Source: Pristiophorus japonicus (Eukaryota). From it: 64,000 nucleotides of DNA. Below, piece by piece: positions 11,795-22,231 of this stretch; within the stretch, counting starts at the first letter, position 1, and the number at the start of each line of letters is the position of its first letter. The stretch lies in the NCBI RefSeq assembly GCF_044704955.1, contig NC_091997.1, positions 66,154,001 through 66,218,000 on the forward strand, in the 5' to 3' direction. The notes beneath the pieces are model-generated. The model had not been told where the DNA came from. It made no database searches and saw only the letters and a list, made by a program, of their open reading frames with translations. A program made the translations under genes and the position numbers.

Positions 11795-13283
11795 AATAGA
11801 AACATAGAAAATAGGTGCAGGAGTAGGCCATTCGGCCCTTCTAGCCTGCACCGCCATTCAATGAGTTCATGGCTGAACATGCAACTTCAGTACCCCATTC
11901 CTGCTTTCTCGCCATACCCCTTGATCCCCCATGTAGTAAGGACTTCATCTAACTCCTTTTTGAATATATTTAGTGAATTGGCCTCAACAACTTTCTGTGG
12001 TAGAGAATTCCACAGGTTCACCACTCTCTGGGTGAAGAAATTCCTCCTCATCTCGGTCCTAAATGGCTTCCCCCTTATCCTTAGACTGTGTCCCCTGGTT
12101 CTGGACTTCCCCAACATTGGGAACATTCTTCCTGCATCTAACCTGTCTAACCCCGTCAGAATTTTAAACGTTTCTATGAGGTCCCCTCTCATTCTTCTGA
12201 ACTCCAGTGAATACAAGCCCAGTTGATCCAGTCTTTCTTGATAGGTCAGTCCCGCCATCCCGGGAATCAGTCTGGTGAACCTTCGCTGCACTCCCTCAAT
12301 AGCAAGAATGTCCTTCCTCAGGTTAGGAGACCAAAACTGTACACAATACTCCAGGTGTGGCCTCACCAAGGCCCTGTACAATTGTAGCAACACCTCCCTG
12401 CCCTTGTACTCAAATCCCCTCGCTATGAAGGCCAACATGCCATTTGCTTTCTTAACCGCCTGCTGTACCTGCATGCCAACCTTCAATGACTGATGTACCA
12501 TGACACCCAGGTCTCTTTGCACCTCCCCTTTTCCTAATCTGTCACCATTCAGATAATAGTCTGTCTCTCTGTTTTTACCACCAAAGTGGATAACCTCACA
12601 TTTATCCACATTATACTTCATCTGCCATGCATTTGCCCACTCACCTAACCTATCCAAGTCGCTCTGCAGCCTCATAGAATCCTCCTTGCAGCTCACACTG
12701 CCACCCAACTTAGTGTCATCCGCAAATTTGGAGATACTACATTTAATCCCCTCGTCTAAATCATTAATGTACAGTGTAAACAGCTGGGGCCCCAGCACAG
12801 AACCTTGCGGTACCCCACTAGTCACTGCCTGCCATTCTAAAAAGTCCCCATTTACTCCTACTCTTTGCTTCCTGTCTGACAACCAGTTCTCAATCCATGT
12901 CAGCACACTACCCCCAATCCCACGTGCTTTAACTTTGCACATTAATCTCTTGTGTGGGACCTTGTCGAAAGCCTTCTGAAAGTCCAAATATACCACATCA
13001 ACTGGTTCTCCCTTGTCCACTCTACTGGAAACATCCTCAAAAAATTCCAGAAGATTTGTCAAGCATGATTTCCCTTTCACAAATCCATGCTGACTTGGAC
13101 CTATCATATTACCTCTTTCCAAATGCACTGCTATGACATCCTTAATAATTGATTCCATCATTTTACCCACTACCGATGTCAGGCTGACCGGTCTGTAATT
13201 CCCTGTTTTCTCTCTCCCTCCTTTTTTAAAAAGTGGGGTTACATTGGCTACCCTCCACTCCATAGGAACTGATCCAGAGTCAA
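11795..13283 (-). mobile_element. 5'-truncated CR1 LINE with uninterrupted RT and C-terminal ORF2
   Basis: 474-aa ORF 11887-13311: NYRPVSLTS, YLDFQKAFDKVPH, GVPQGSVLGP, FADD; catagaaa tail. Confidence 0.95.
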
Positions 13284-13411
13284 TATGGACAGTAGGGGCC
13301 TGATGGGACAATTGCTGCTTGCTCCAGACTTTATTTTTTTATTTAACCCAATCTGCAGATTAGGGCAGTGGGTTAACATGCTGACCTTTCACCCGAGCAC
13401 TTGAGTTTACA

Positions 13412-14345
13412 TCAACAACAACAACTTGTATTTATATAGCGCCTTTAACGGTACTGCACAGGAACGTTCTCAAACCACATTTGACACCGGGCCATGTAAG
13501 GAGATTTTAGGGTAGGTGACCAAAAGCTTGGACAAAGAGCTCATTTTTTCATAGGCACTCCCTCGGAATCGAGGAAGACTTGCTTCCACTCCCAAAGTGA
13601 GTTCTTTGATGGCTGAACAGTCCGATACGAGAGCCACAGACCTTGTTATAGGAGGGACAGACATTCTTCGGAGGAAGGGGTCGGTAGGGCTGGTTTGCCG
13701 TGCGCTCCTTCTGCTGCCTGCACTGGCCTCTTCATGCTCTTTGCGTCGAGCCTCAAAGAGCTCAACGCCCTCCCGGATGGACTTTCTCCACCTCGGGCGG
13801 TCTGCGGCCAGGGTCTCCCAGGTGTCAGTGGTGATGTTGCACTTTACCAGGGAGGCTTTGAGGGTTTTAAGGAGCGTCTTAAAGGAGGAGAGCGAGGTAG
13901 AGAGTGCGAGAGCTTTAGAGAGGGAATTCCAGAGTTTAGAGCCCAAGTAGCTGAAGGTACAGCCGCCAATGGCGGAGCGGTCGCACTCGGTAATACGCAA
14001 GAGGCCAGCATTGGAGGAGTGCAGAGATCTCGGAGGGTCATAGGGCTGGAGGAGGATACAGAGATGAGGAGGTGCGAGGCTACAGAGGGATTTAAAAACA
14101 AGGATGAGAAATTAAAATGGAGGTTTTGACCAGACCGGGAGCCAATCTAGGCCAATGAGCACGGGGGGGAGGATGATGGGTCAACGGGACTTGGTAAGAG
14201 TCAGGACACAGGGCAGCAGGGTTTTGGATGAGCTCAAGTTTAAGGAAGGAAGGCAGGTGGGAGGCTAGCCAGGGGCACGTTGGAATAGTCACGTCTCGAG
14301 GTAACTAAGGCATGGATGAAGGCTTCAGCAGCGGATGAGCTGAAG
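13412..14345 (-). mobile_element. L2 LINE 3' fragment, split by a nested RTE fragment
   Basis: KLELIQN..A, GGCTFSYLGSKLWNSL..L..STSLSSFKTLLKT remnants; acaacaac tail at ~13412-13430. Confidence 0.75.
13542..13858 (-). mobile_element. RTE LINE 3' end nested in L2
   Basis: LKASLVKCNITTDTWETLAADRPRWRKSIREG, the RTE ORF C-terminus; tail gcaagtcttcctcgattccgaggga. Confidence 0.8.
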
Positions 14346-14651
14346 CTGGGCATCCAGCCCAGGCTGATTTAATGAAAGTCACCTTTGTCTTCAGCCTGTT
14401 AGAATCCTATATGCAAAATGAATGTGGAACTTCTCAACCCAGATTCTGTGCAGGAACAGCCTTTTCACAGCAATCACCCGATTGTGCTCGTTGGGAAGTG
14501 GAGAGACCTGCAATGCAAGATGCAATACTGAGGTGAGATTGAAACGTACCATTGGGCAGAAGAGAAAGAAATTTAACAGCGTTAGCAGCACTCAAAATTT
14601 ATTCATGAGTCCTGCAGAAGTTTTATTTTAATTCTCACAGATACTGTTTAC

Positions 14652-14870
14652 ACAGAAAATGCTGGAAATCTCAGCGGGTCAGGCAGCATCTGTAGAGAGA
14701 AAAACAGAGTTAACGTTTCAGGTAGATGACCCTTCGTCAGAGCCTGAAATCATCGACCTGAAACGTTAACTCTGTGTCTCTCTCCACAGATGCTGCCCGA
14801 CCCACTGAGTGTTTCCAGCATTCTCTGTTTTTATTTCAGATTTCAGCATCCGCAGTATTTTGCTTTTGTA
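14652..14870. mobile_element. Palindromic Penelope-like element remnant
   Basis: Two inverted arms (aaaatgctggaaat...gcagcatctg...gagttaacgtttcagg / cctgaaacgttaactc...cagatgctgc...tttccagcatt). Confidence 0.7.
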
Positions 14871-15146
14871 CTGTTTAAACATTGCTTTTTATACATTTCC
14901 TATATGAACCGTAAGCATTTTTAAAAAAATGAAATGCTTCTGCAAATAGCAGAATTTACAACCGACTGTTGCCGCGCTGTACTTCACCTGGATGTAACTT
15001 GTTGCTGATACTGGATACAGAAAGTGATACGGCATTCATGCCCCAGCACCTCAAACCTGCAAAAGCCCAGTGGATTGTTAACAAGCCAGCGAGTAACTGG
15101 GGCTAGGGATTCTGAAGCGGGCTAAGTTTCTGGATGTCTGCCCTCA

Positions 15147-15330
15147 CTTTTTTTTTCCAAAAATATACTTTATTCATATAAAATTTTCACAATACATTGG
15201 AAAATAGTTCAGTACCTTGCGGTCAGCAATTCCATACAATTCGTTTGGATGCTGACAGCAGTTCCATACAATGCACTAGCGTGCATTTCATTTCAAGGTA
15301 CAGTTTAGTACAATCCGTAAATCACGTGCA
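15147..15330 (-). mobile_element. Tx1-type element 3' UTR fragment
   Basis: Clear similarity to 29280-29450 (aaaatatactttattcatataaaa...gcggtcagcaat.ccataca), preceded by a T-run (polyA on the minus strand). Confidence 0.75.
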
Positions 15331-16255
15331 CTCACTGTTCACTGTGTGGCAATGCAGAATGGCCCTGTTGCGATTGAGGTTCTTGGGAGCCAGTTTGAAA
15401 GTAGGCAAGCACAACAGCCCCCAATCGATCAATGGGGCCCTTGCTACTCCTATCTGTAATTGTACCACAGTGTCGCCATCAACCTGGGACTATTGCAATA
15501 CTGTTTTTTAAAGTAAATTTAATTTCTTAAATTATCTGTGAGAATAATTTACGCAGCAAAACCTGTAATAAATTATTCAAAGCACTATCATAGTTATCAT
15601 GTGACACTCTCTCATTTTGTTCTTTGATGCCTGTAATGACGCTGTGTATATGAATGTGGTCTACTCATCTATTTAAATGTATATCCAGATTTTTCTCTGC
15701 CTGATTTAGCTGAACAGCTACACCATCTGCCCAGCATAGGCGACATTGGGTTAAGTTTTATACATGCAGACAGAAGGTGTAGACTTGGAACTGAAACCGT
15801 AGGGGCTCCTTGGCTGGCTTGGCTGATAAATACACTGCTCAGAGTGGAACACAGCTAACTATTTTCAAAGCCTGGTGTGTACTGGAGATCAACCAGGGCA
15901 GCATTTGGGGTTCCCTTAAAGCCCACGGGCACTCATGGTCCAGGTTCATACATGAAAGGGCAAGGTGCTGTGGGGGGGGGGGGGGGGGGGGGGGGAGGTA
16001 ATTTTAAAAAGGCTTACCATGGAACCTGGTTTCTTTTGACATCAGATGTAACGAAGTGAGCTGAGGATGAGGATCATTGTGATACCAGCAACTTAGCTGG
16101 AAGGAGTGGCTAAATGGTCCAAGTCGTTACCAATATATAGGCACCACATTGGGTAGTGTCAGTCACTGACATTTTGTCAAGGGCCATCCTCAGGAATGCT
16201 GAAGACATGCAGCACCACCAATTCATAGGACACGGGTCCGTATCTGATGTTGTAT

Positions 16256-16561
16256 TGTTGTATATGCTGACTATGGATGTGCTCTATGTGTAGTCACTGT
16301 GAGATTATATAAGATGGAGACTTGTTTACCTGATGTACCATCAATAAGGTTCACACCGTGTGCATACATGCTGGCACCACTAGAGGGTGCAACTGGTGGA
16401 GACCGGGGGTTTCCTGCCCTGGTGGCAGGGCCCTGTATAAAAGGCTGCACACTCTGCTTGCACAGTACTCTGGAGTTTGGAATAAAGGACCAAGGTCACT
16501 ACAGTTCAAGTACAACACATTGCCTTGTGGAGTCATTCTTAAGTACATTACAGATATAACA
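16256..16561 (+). mobile_element. Solo LTR, family A
   Basis: TGTT...AACA termini, TATAAAA at ~16436, AATAAA at 16481, flanks tgtat/tctat (5-bp TSD, 1 mismatch); second copy at 45071-45367. Confidence 0.8.
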
Positions 16562-16861
16562 TCTATGATTCCCCCATACAGTGACCATCCATGTTCCTCT
16601 GGGCATCTACCAACTGTAGGCCATGCACTGCCCCACAGGAAGAAGAACATTTAATAAGGCCCTTTCATTTGCCATGTGGAATCTGGAATATCATCTGTCA
16701 CTGAATGACATTTTCTTCTTTCTTTTGCAAGAAAAAGTGTGGGCGGGGCACTTTGTCCCAGCTCAGTCATTCCCCTACAGTCGGACAGGCTGCGATTGGC
16801 CGAGGGCCAAAATAGAAAGGAAGTTGGACTGCAAATGGTCTCTGGGCTGTATTTTATGTGC

Positions 16862-17305
16862 CAGCCGTGGCTCAGCATTCTCGCCTCTGAATCAAAAGGT
16901 TGTGTGCTCACGTCCCACTCCAGAGACTTCAGCACATAAATCTAGGCTGAGACTCCAGCGCAGTACTGAGGGAGCGCTGCACTGTCGGAGGGGCCGATGA
17001 GACATTAAACTGAGGTCCTGTCAGCCATTTCGGGTAAATGTAAAAGATCATTATTCATAGAAGAGCAGAAGAATTGTCCCCGGTGTCCTGGGGCCAATAT
17101 TTATCCCTCAACCACCATCACTAACAACAGGTTATTTGGTCATTATCACATTGCTGTTTGTGAGAGCTTGCTCTGCATAAACTGGCTGCCGCATTTTCTG
17201 CATTACAACAATGACTACACTTCAGAAAGTACTCAATTGTCTGTAAAGCGCTTCGAGACGTCCTGAGGTCATGAAAGGTGCTATAGAAATGCAAGTCTCC
17301 TTTTT
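16862..17305 (+). mobile_element. DeuSINE (SacSINE1-like)
   Basis: tRNA-like head, Deu core, standard tail. Confidence 0.8.
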
Positions 17306-17524
17306 TTTACCTCAAACCAAACCAGGATCTTGAGTGGCTGATGGTCGACATGTGCACATAAGTTAAACTTGCATAACACCTTATAATATCTCAAAGCACT
17401 TCAAACCAAGGAATTGTATTGAAGTGTAAAGTTACTATTATGTAGGTAAGCCAATTTGTGCTCAGCAGGATTTCACAAATAGCAACGAGATCAGTGGCCA
17501 GTTGAACTGCTTTTAGTGCAAAAC

Positions 17525-18047
17525 CATCAGCAGGTCGGGGCCATTAAAGGGAGCAGCGTGTGGCGGCATACCACTGCAGGGAGCAGCGCGTGCTGCTACA
17601 GGAGGGTGATGGCTGATTGCAGTCCGGGCAGGTACAGCAGGAGCGGCGAGGTCGGGGTGAAGGAGTGGCAAGAGTTCGTAGAGGGATGTGATCGTGGCCC
17701 AGGAAAGACACGAGTTCGGGGCCCAGAAGAGGCGAGGGCCCAGGGGCAGCACGGGCCAGCCCACACTGCGATATGTGTGCGCACTAAGTCCGTGCAGCAG
17801 AGCTGGTCTCCAGTAGTCTTGGTTAACCCTTGCCACTGGACCAAGACCTAGCTCTGACAAGCCCGTGTGGTGGCTGGTGTGCAACGGCCACCCCACGTTA
17901 AAAAAATCCACCCACAGGCATCTTCCACCCTTCAAGATGTAGTTCGGGATTCGGAATATTAGGTCCTTCATTGAAACACCTGTGAACTCATCCCTTTTTG
18001 GCGCGGAAGCAAGTCATCCTCATTTTGAGGGAGCGCCTATGATGATG
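17525..18047 (+). mobile_element. Non-autonomous element with RTE-type 3' tail
   Basis: Four copies in the window (5610-5837, 17525-18047, 33200-33565, 35130-35610), all ending gcaagtcatcctc..gaggga..gcctatgatgatga like the RTE tails at 13542 and 28392. Confidence 0.75.
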
Positions 18048-18639
18048 AAGATTTTAATGATGTTGGTTGAGTGAGGAATGCTGGCCAGGTCACCGGGAGA
18101 ATTCCCCTGCTCTTCTTCGAGAAGTGGAATGGAATCTTTAAGGTCAACCTGAACCACTGTAACAGACACACACTTTAACACCTCATTTGAAAGACACATC
18201 CAACAACACAACCAAATTATAGACTTAAACCCACATTCTTTTGAGTGAGAGTTGTACTAATTGAGGCAAAATAAAACGTTGAGATTATTAAAATGCGATT
18301 TATTATTTTTGACAAGGTGTTTTAGATCCAAAATGTATTAAAATCATTTATTTAATTTTGGGGGTTAAAAGGGGAAGCCCCAATGCATCACATGGTGTTG
18401 TACTGCCCAGATTTATGTCTGGTTGGTGCGGAAGTTCACAGCCAGGGGAGCAGTTGGGTGAGGTGTGAAAATTAGCTTCAATGCCCATGGGTTTGGCGGA
18501 AATCAGCCGGTGTCCCGCTGGAAAATGGGTGAGGACATAATGAGCTTTGGCTGTGACAACCCCCATGGTCAAATATCCTGGACACTGGTGACAAATGGCT
18601 ACTTGGCTGAGAGAACCGGCCCCCCCCCACACCCGGGCA

Positions 18640-19000
18640 GCAAGAAGCAGCACCTCCCGGCGAGGGAGAGGGAAGTTTATAGGCGGTAAATAAATTATCC
18701 GGCAGAGTGAGGACTGACGTGGCCGAGGAGCCAGAGCAGATTGTGTGAGTGGGAACCGATTGAGCGGCGGAACCAGTGTGCGGCGGAACTCGGGTTCCCT
18801 GGGGACTGCAGAGGCGGCGGCTTCCGGAACAAGGATGCAGGCGGCCTGGCGCAGGCTCCGGGCTCTCGGGGCTCCGGCCCTCGCTCTCCGGCCTCTCGGG
18901 GTCCCGATTGCCGGGGCTCGGGCGGTGTCCGACTCTCCGCGGGGCCCGGGCCGGGATTGGGAGCCCGAGGCTGAGCAGGAGGAAATAATCAGGTTAAAGA
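18640..19000 (+). promoter_or_regulatory. CpG island / NGRN promoter
   Basis: High GC and CpG density; ETS-like CTTCCGG at 18821-18827 just upstream of the ATG. Confidence 0.7.
18835..18992 (+). CDS. NGRN: Neugrin exon 1 (Arg/Ala/Leu-rich mitochondrial-targeting-like N-terminus)
   Basis: ATG in CpG island; MQAAWRRLRALGAPALALRPLGVP...DWEPEAEQEEIIR; donor AG|GTtaaa. Confidence 0.85.
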
Positions 19001-19032
19001 TCGTCACCTAAATCCGTCATCATTAAACTCTC

Positions 19033-19695
19033 GTCAGTCAGTGGGCAGCACCCTCGCCTCTGGGTCAGAAGGTCGTGGGGTCAAGTCCCACTCCAGGGAC
19101 CTGAGCACAAAAATCTACACTGACACTCCCAGTGCAGTGCTGAGGGAGCGCCGCACTGTCGGAGGGGCAGTGCTGAGGGAGCGCCGCACTGTCGGAGGGG
19201 CAGCACTGAGGGAGCGCCGCACTGTCGGAGGGGCAGTGCTGAGGGAGCGCCGCACTGTCGGAGGGGCGGTGCTGAGGGAGCGCCGCACTGTCGGAGGGGC
19301 AGTGCTGAGGGAGTGCCGCACTGTCGGAGGGGCAGTGCTGAGGGAGCGCCGCACTGTCGGAGGTGCTGTCTTTCGGATGAGACGTTAAACCGAGGCCCCG
19401 TCTGCTCTCTCGGGTGGATGTAAAAGATCCCACGGCCACTATTTCGAACAAGAGCAGCGGAGTTCTCCCCGGTGTCCTGGGGCCAATATTTATCCCTTGA
19501 CCAAAATCACTAAAAACAGATTATCTAGGTCATTATCACATTGCTGTGTGTGGGAGCTTGCTGTGCGCAAATTGGTTGCCGCGTTTCCCCACATTACAAC
19601 AGTGACTACACTTCAAAAGTACTTCATTGGCTGTAAAGCGCTTTGGGACGTCCGGTGGTCGTGAAAGACACCCTAGAAATGCAAATCTGTCTTTT
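19033..19695 (+). mobile_element. DeuSINE with 7 tandem 33-bp internal units (19137-19367), NGRN intron 1
   Basis: Unit gtgctgagggagcgccgcactgtcggaggggca, followed by Deu core and tail. Confidence 0.88.
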
Positions 19696-20356
19696 CAGTC
19701 AACTCACAGTAACTAGCGCGTCATTAGTTAATTCATGGTAACTACTGTAAGAACTTGTAACCATAGGATTTTCATTAAAATATTAATACAAATCAGTAAT
19801 AACTTAATGTAGCTAATTAATATAGCAATGGTAGTAATTAAATTAACTGCAAACCAATAATAGCTAATTAGTAACTAATACATTCATATTAACGAATGAA
19901 AACCAAAACAGTGGTAACTAGATACATGATTAATTACAATATATTAATGTTAAACATGCACTAAACAATATCATCCAATAGTAATGTTACTTTATGAATG
20001 TGTTGATGTGTGTGATATTCTCGCTCTCTGGGTACAGTGATTGTGGTTGTGTCCAGTGTTACAAAGACTTTGTGGCAAATGTGGACAAAAATCCACAATT
20101 GTACTTTTACATAATCCCATTTCTTGATGACCTGAAAATGTCCCTTGTATTCCATAAACCAAGTAGCTCATTCCAAAGTGACACACGTTTTAAAAAAAAA
20201 ACCCAAACAAAACAGTATTAACTAATGGTAATTATAATCGAGTAAACAATCTCTACTGACTGAACAGTTAGTTTGTAATATTCACTAAAGGTGCTTTTTG
20301 AATTGACGAGTAAATTTCAGAAAATATTACTCTGCATTTTCCATCTCAATTTGCAG

Positions 20357-20467
20357 AGCTGAGAAGAGGAAGCTGAAAGCCATTAAGTTTCAGAGAATGA
20401 AGGCAGAGTTTAATCCTTCTGGGCCCCCCCCACGGACTCTGACGTCACAGGCACTGCAGCAAATCAG
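20357..20467 (+). CDS. NGRN: Neugrin exon 2
   Basis: AEKRKLKAIKFQRMKAEFNPSGPPPRTLTSQALQQIR matches the neugrin motif AIRFQKIRR...PPRTLTWEAMEQIR; canonical splice sites, 111 nt. Confidence 0.92.
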
Positions 20468-20889
20468 GTAAAAGTTAAACCCGGGGCTGTTCAATGTGAG
20501 GCAGCTGGTGTTTGTCACTTCCTCCTGCTCCTATTTCTTATGTTCCCGATGGTTAAGGTAAGTAAAGACGCTGCCCACTGTAGCAACGAGTAGCACAGGC
20601 CCAGAATGTTCTGCGTTCAATCCCCGGTCTGTGTTGAGTCAGTTGAGGAGCTATAATTGGTCCCAGTGCCCGTGGCCAAGAAGAGAAGGGGGAAAAAAAT
20701 CAGCAAGGGTTTATGCGGACGTCGGCTATTGGTTCAAACAGGCTTGGCTGCGATGCCCTCCGAGGATGAATAGCCGGGCATGAAGAGTGAGCGGACAGAC
20801 GGGGCCTCGGTTTAATGTCTCATCTGCACTGCACTGGTGTGTTGGCCTGGATTATGGGCTCAAGTCCCTGGAGTGTTGCTTGAACCCAC

Positions 20890-21350
20890 GACGCAGATTT
20901 ACCAGAACGATACCGGGCCTTAAAGGATTAAATTATGAGGACGGGTTGCGTGGACGAGGTTTATATTCCCTCGAGTACAGGAGACTGAGGGGGTATCCGA
21001 TTGAGGTGTTTGAAATGTTAACAGGATTTGATAGGCTAGTTAGAGAGAAACCATCCTCTGGTGGGGGAATCAAGAACGAGGGGACATAGCCTTAAAATTA
21101 GAGGCAGGCTATTCGGGGGCAAAATCAGGAAGCAGAAAGGATAATGAAAGCCTGGAATTCTCGTCCCCAAAAGGCTGTGGATGCTGGGAGACAAATGAAG
21201 CTTTCAAGACTGAGATCGATAGATTTTTGTTGGGTAAGGGTGTCGAGGGATATGGGGCAAAGGCAGGTAAATGGAGTTGAGGTACAGTTCAACCGTGATC
21301 TAATTGAATGACGGAACTGGATCGAGAGGCTGACTGGTCTGTTCCTACAT
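20890..21350 (+). mobile_element. Older CR1 3' fragment
   Basis: RRFTRTIPGLKGLNYE...GLYSLEYRRLRG. Confidence 0.8.
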
Positions 21351-21535
21351 CCCTTATTTGCCGACGTAACAAAAATCACGGCACTTCAAAAGTAACGAAT
21401 TGTGCATAAAAGATCTTTGGGGTGTTGCTGCGGGATGTAATAAATTCATTCACTTGTTTCTGTATAGGCTCCTCTTCTCTAATACGCATCGCTAGATCTC
21501 AAACGGTGTCAAATCTGATTTCTAATATGTTTCAG

Positions 21536-22208
21536 GTTTTTAAAGGCGAAGTTTCCAGAAGAGTGGAGCGTGCCAGAGTTGGCGGAAGGATTTTCGGTGA
21601 GCGAGGATGTTATCCAGAGAGTACTGAGGAGTAAATTTACTCCTTCGTTGCAGAGAAAGATGAAGCAAGACGCCAACGTTGAGGCACTGACACTGACGCG
21701 CTCTCACAGAGCAAAGAGACCGACTGTCAATTTACCGAGCATCAAGGCGCTGGATCAGGTGCAGGTCAAACCTAAATCGATCCCAGATCTCGCACCCTTG
21801 CCCAGACTCTCTCCGGGGACAGTCACGTCTGTGACACATTCTGACTTGTACGGCAGCACCCAGAAACCCACTGAAAAGGGGAGGGGCAGGGTGGATCCTG
21901 TCCAACAGAGACCCTGCCCCGAGCTCATTGTTCACGGCGGTCCTGGTGTGACGACGGGCAGGACTGGGAGGAAGGTGGCTAGCCCCAAGGAGAAGGGCGA
22001 GTACGAGGAAGCCTGCGACCCATCTGACTGGGAGCAATTACCAGCTATTCAAGGGACCGATGAGGAATGGGAGAAACTCGCCGAAAGTGAGGTTGAAAAC
22101 CAAATAAAAGTTGTACAGAAGGGATTGGAGTTTTATGACCAAGACGGAAATTTTCTTTATAGAATTAATAACACGGACTCCTTTAATAATCCTAAACAGG
22201 AAGCCTAG
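21536..22208 (+). CDS. NGRN: Neugrin exon 3 (last coding exon)
   Basis: FLKAKFPEEWSVPELAEGFSVSEDVIQRVLRSKF...VVQKGLEFYDQDGNFLYRI; spliced CDS 942 nt = 313 aa + stop. Confidence 0.93.
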
Positions 22209-22231
22209 CTGGTACAATTGAGTCACTTGTG

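Noticed and set aside
11887-13311. 474-aa RT ORF as a domesticated gene or retron-like system
   Set aside because: Ordinary 5'-truncated CR1 ORF2 with its tail; the ATG lies in flanking DNA; many near-identical copies nearby.
18348-19007. 219-aa minus-strand ORF over the NGRN CpG island
   Set aside because: GC-rich antisense shadow; no recognisable domain.
19033-19105. tRNA-like sequence (also ~16865, 61826)
   Set aside because: Degenerate SINE heads joined to the Deu core, not tRNA genes.
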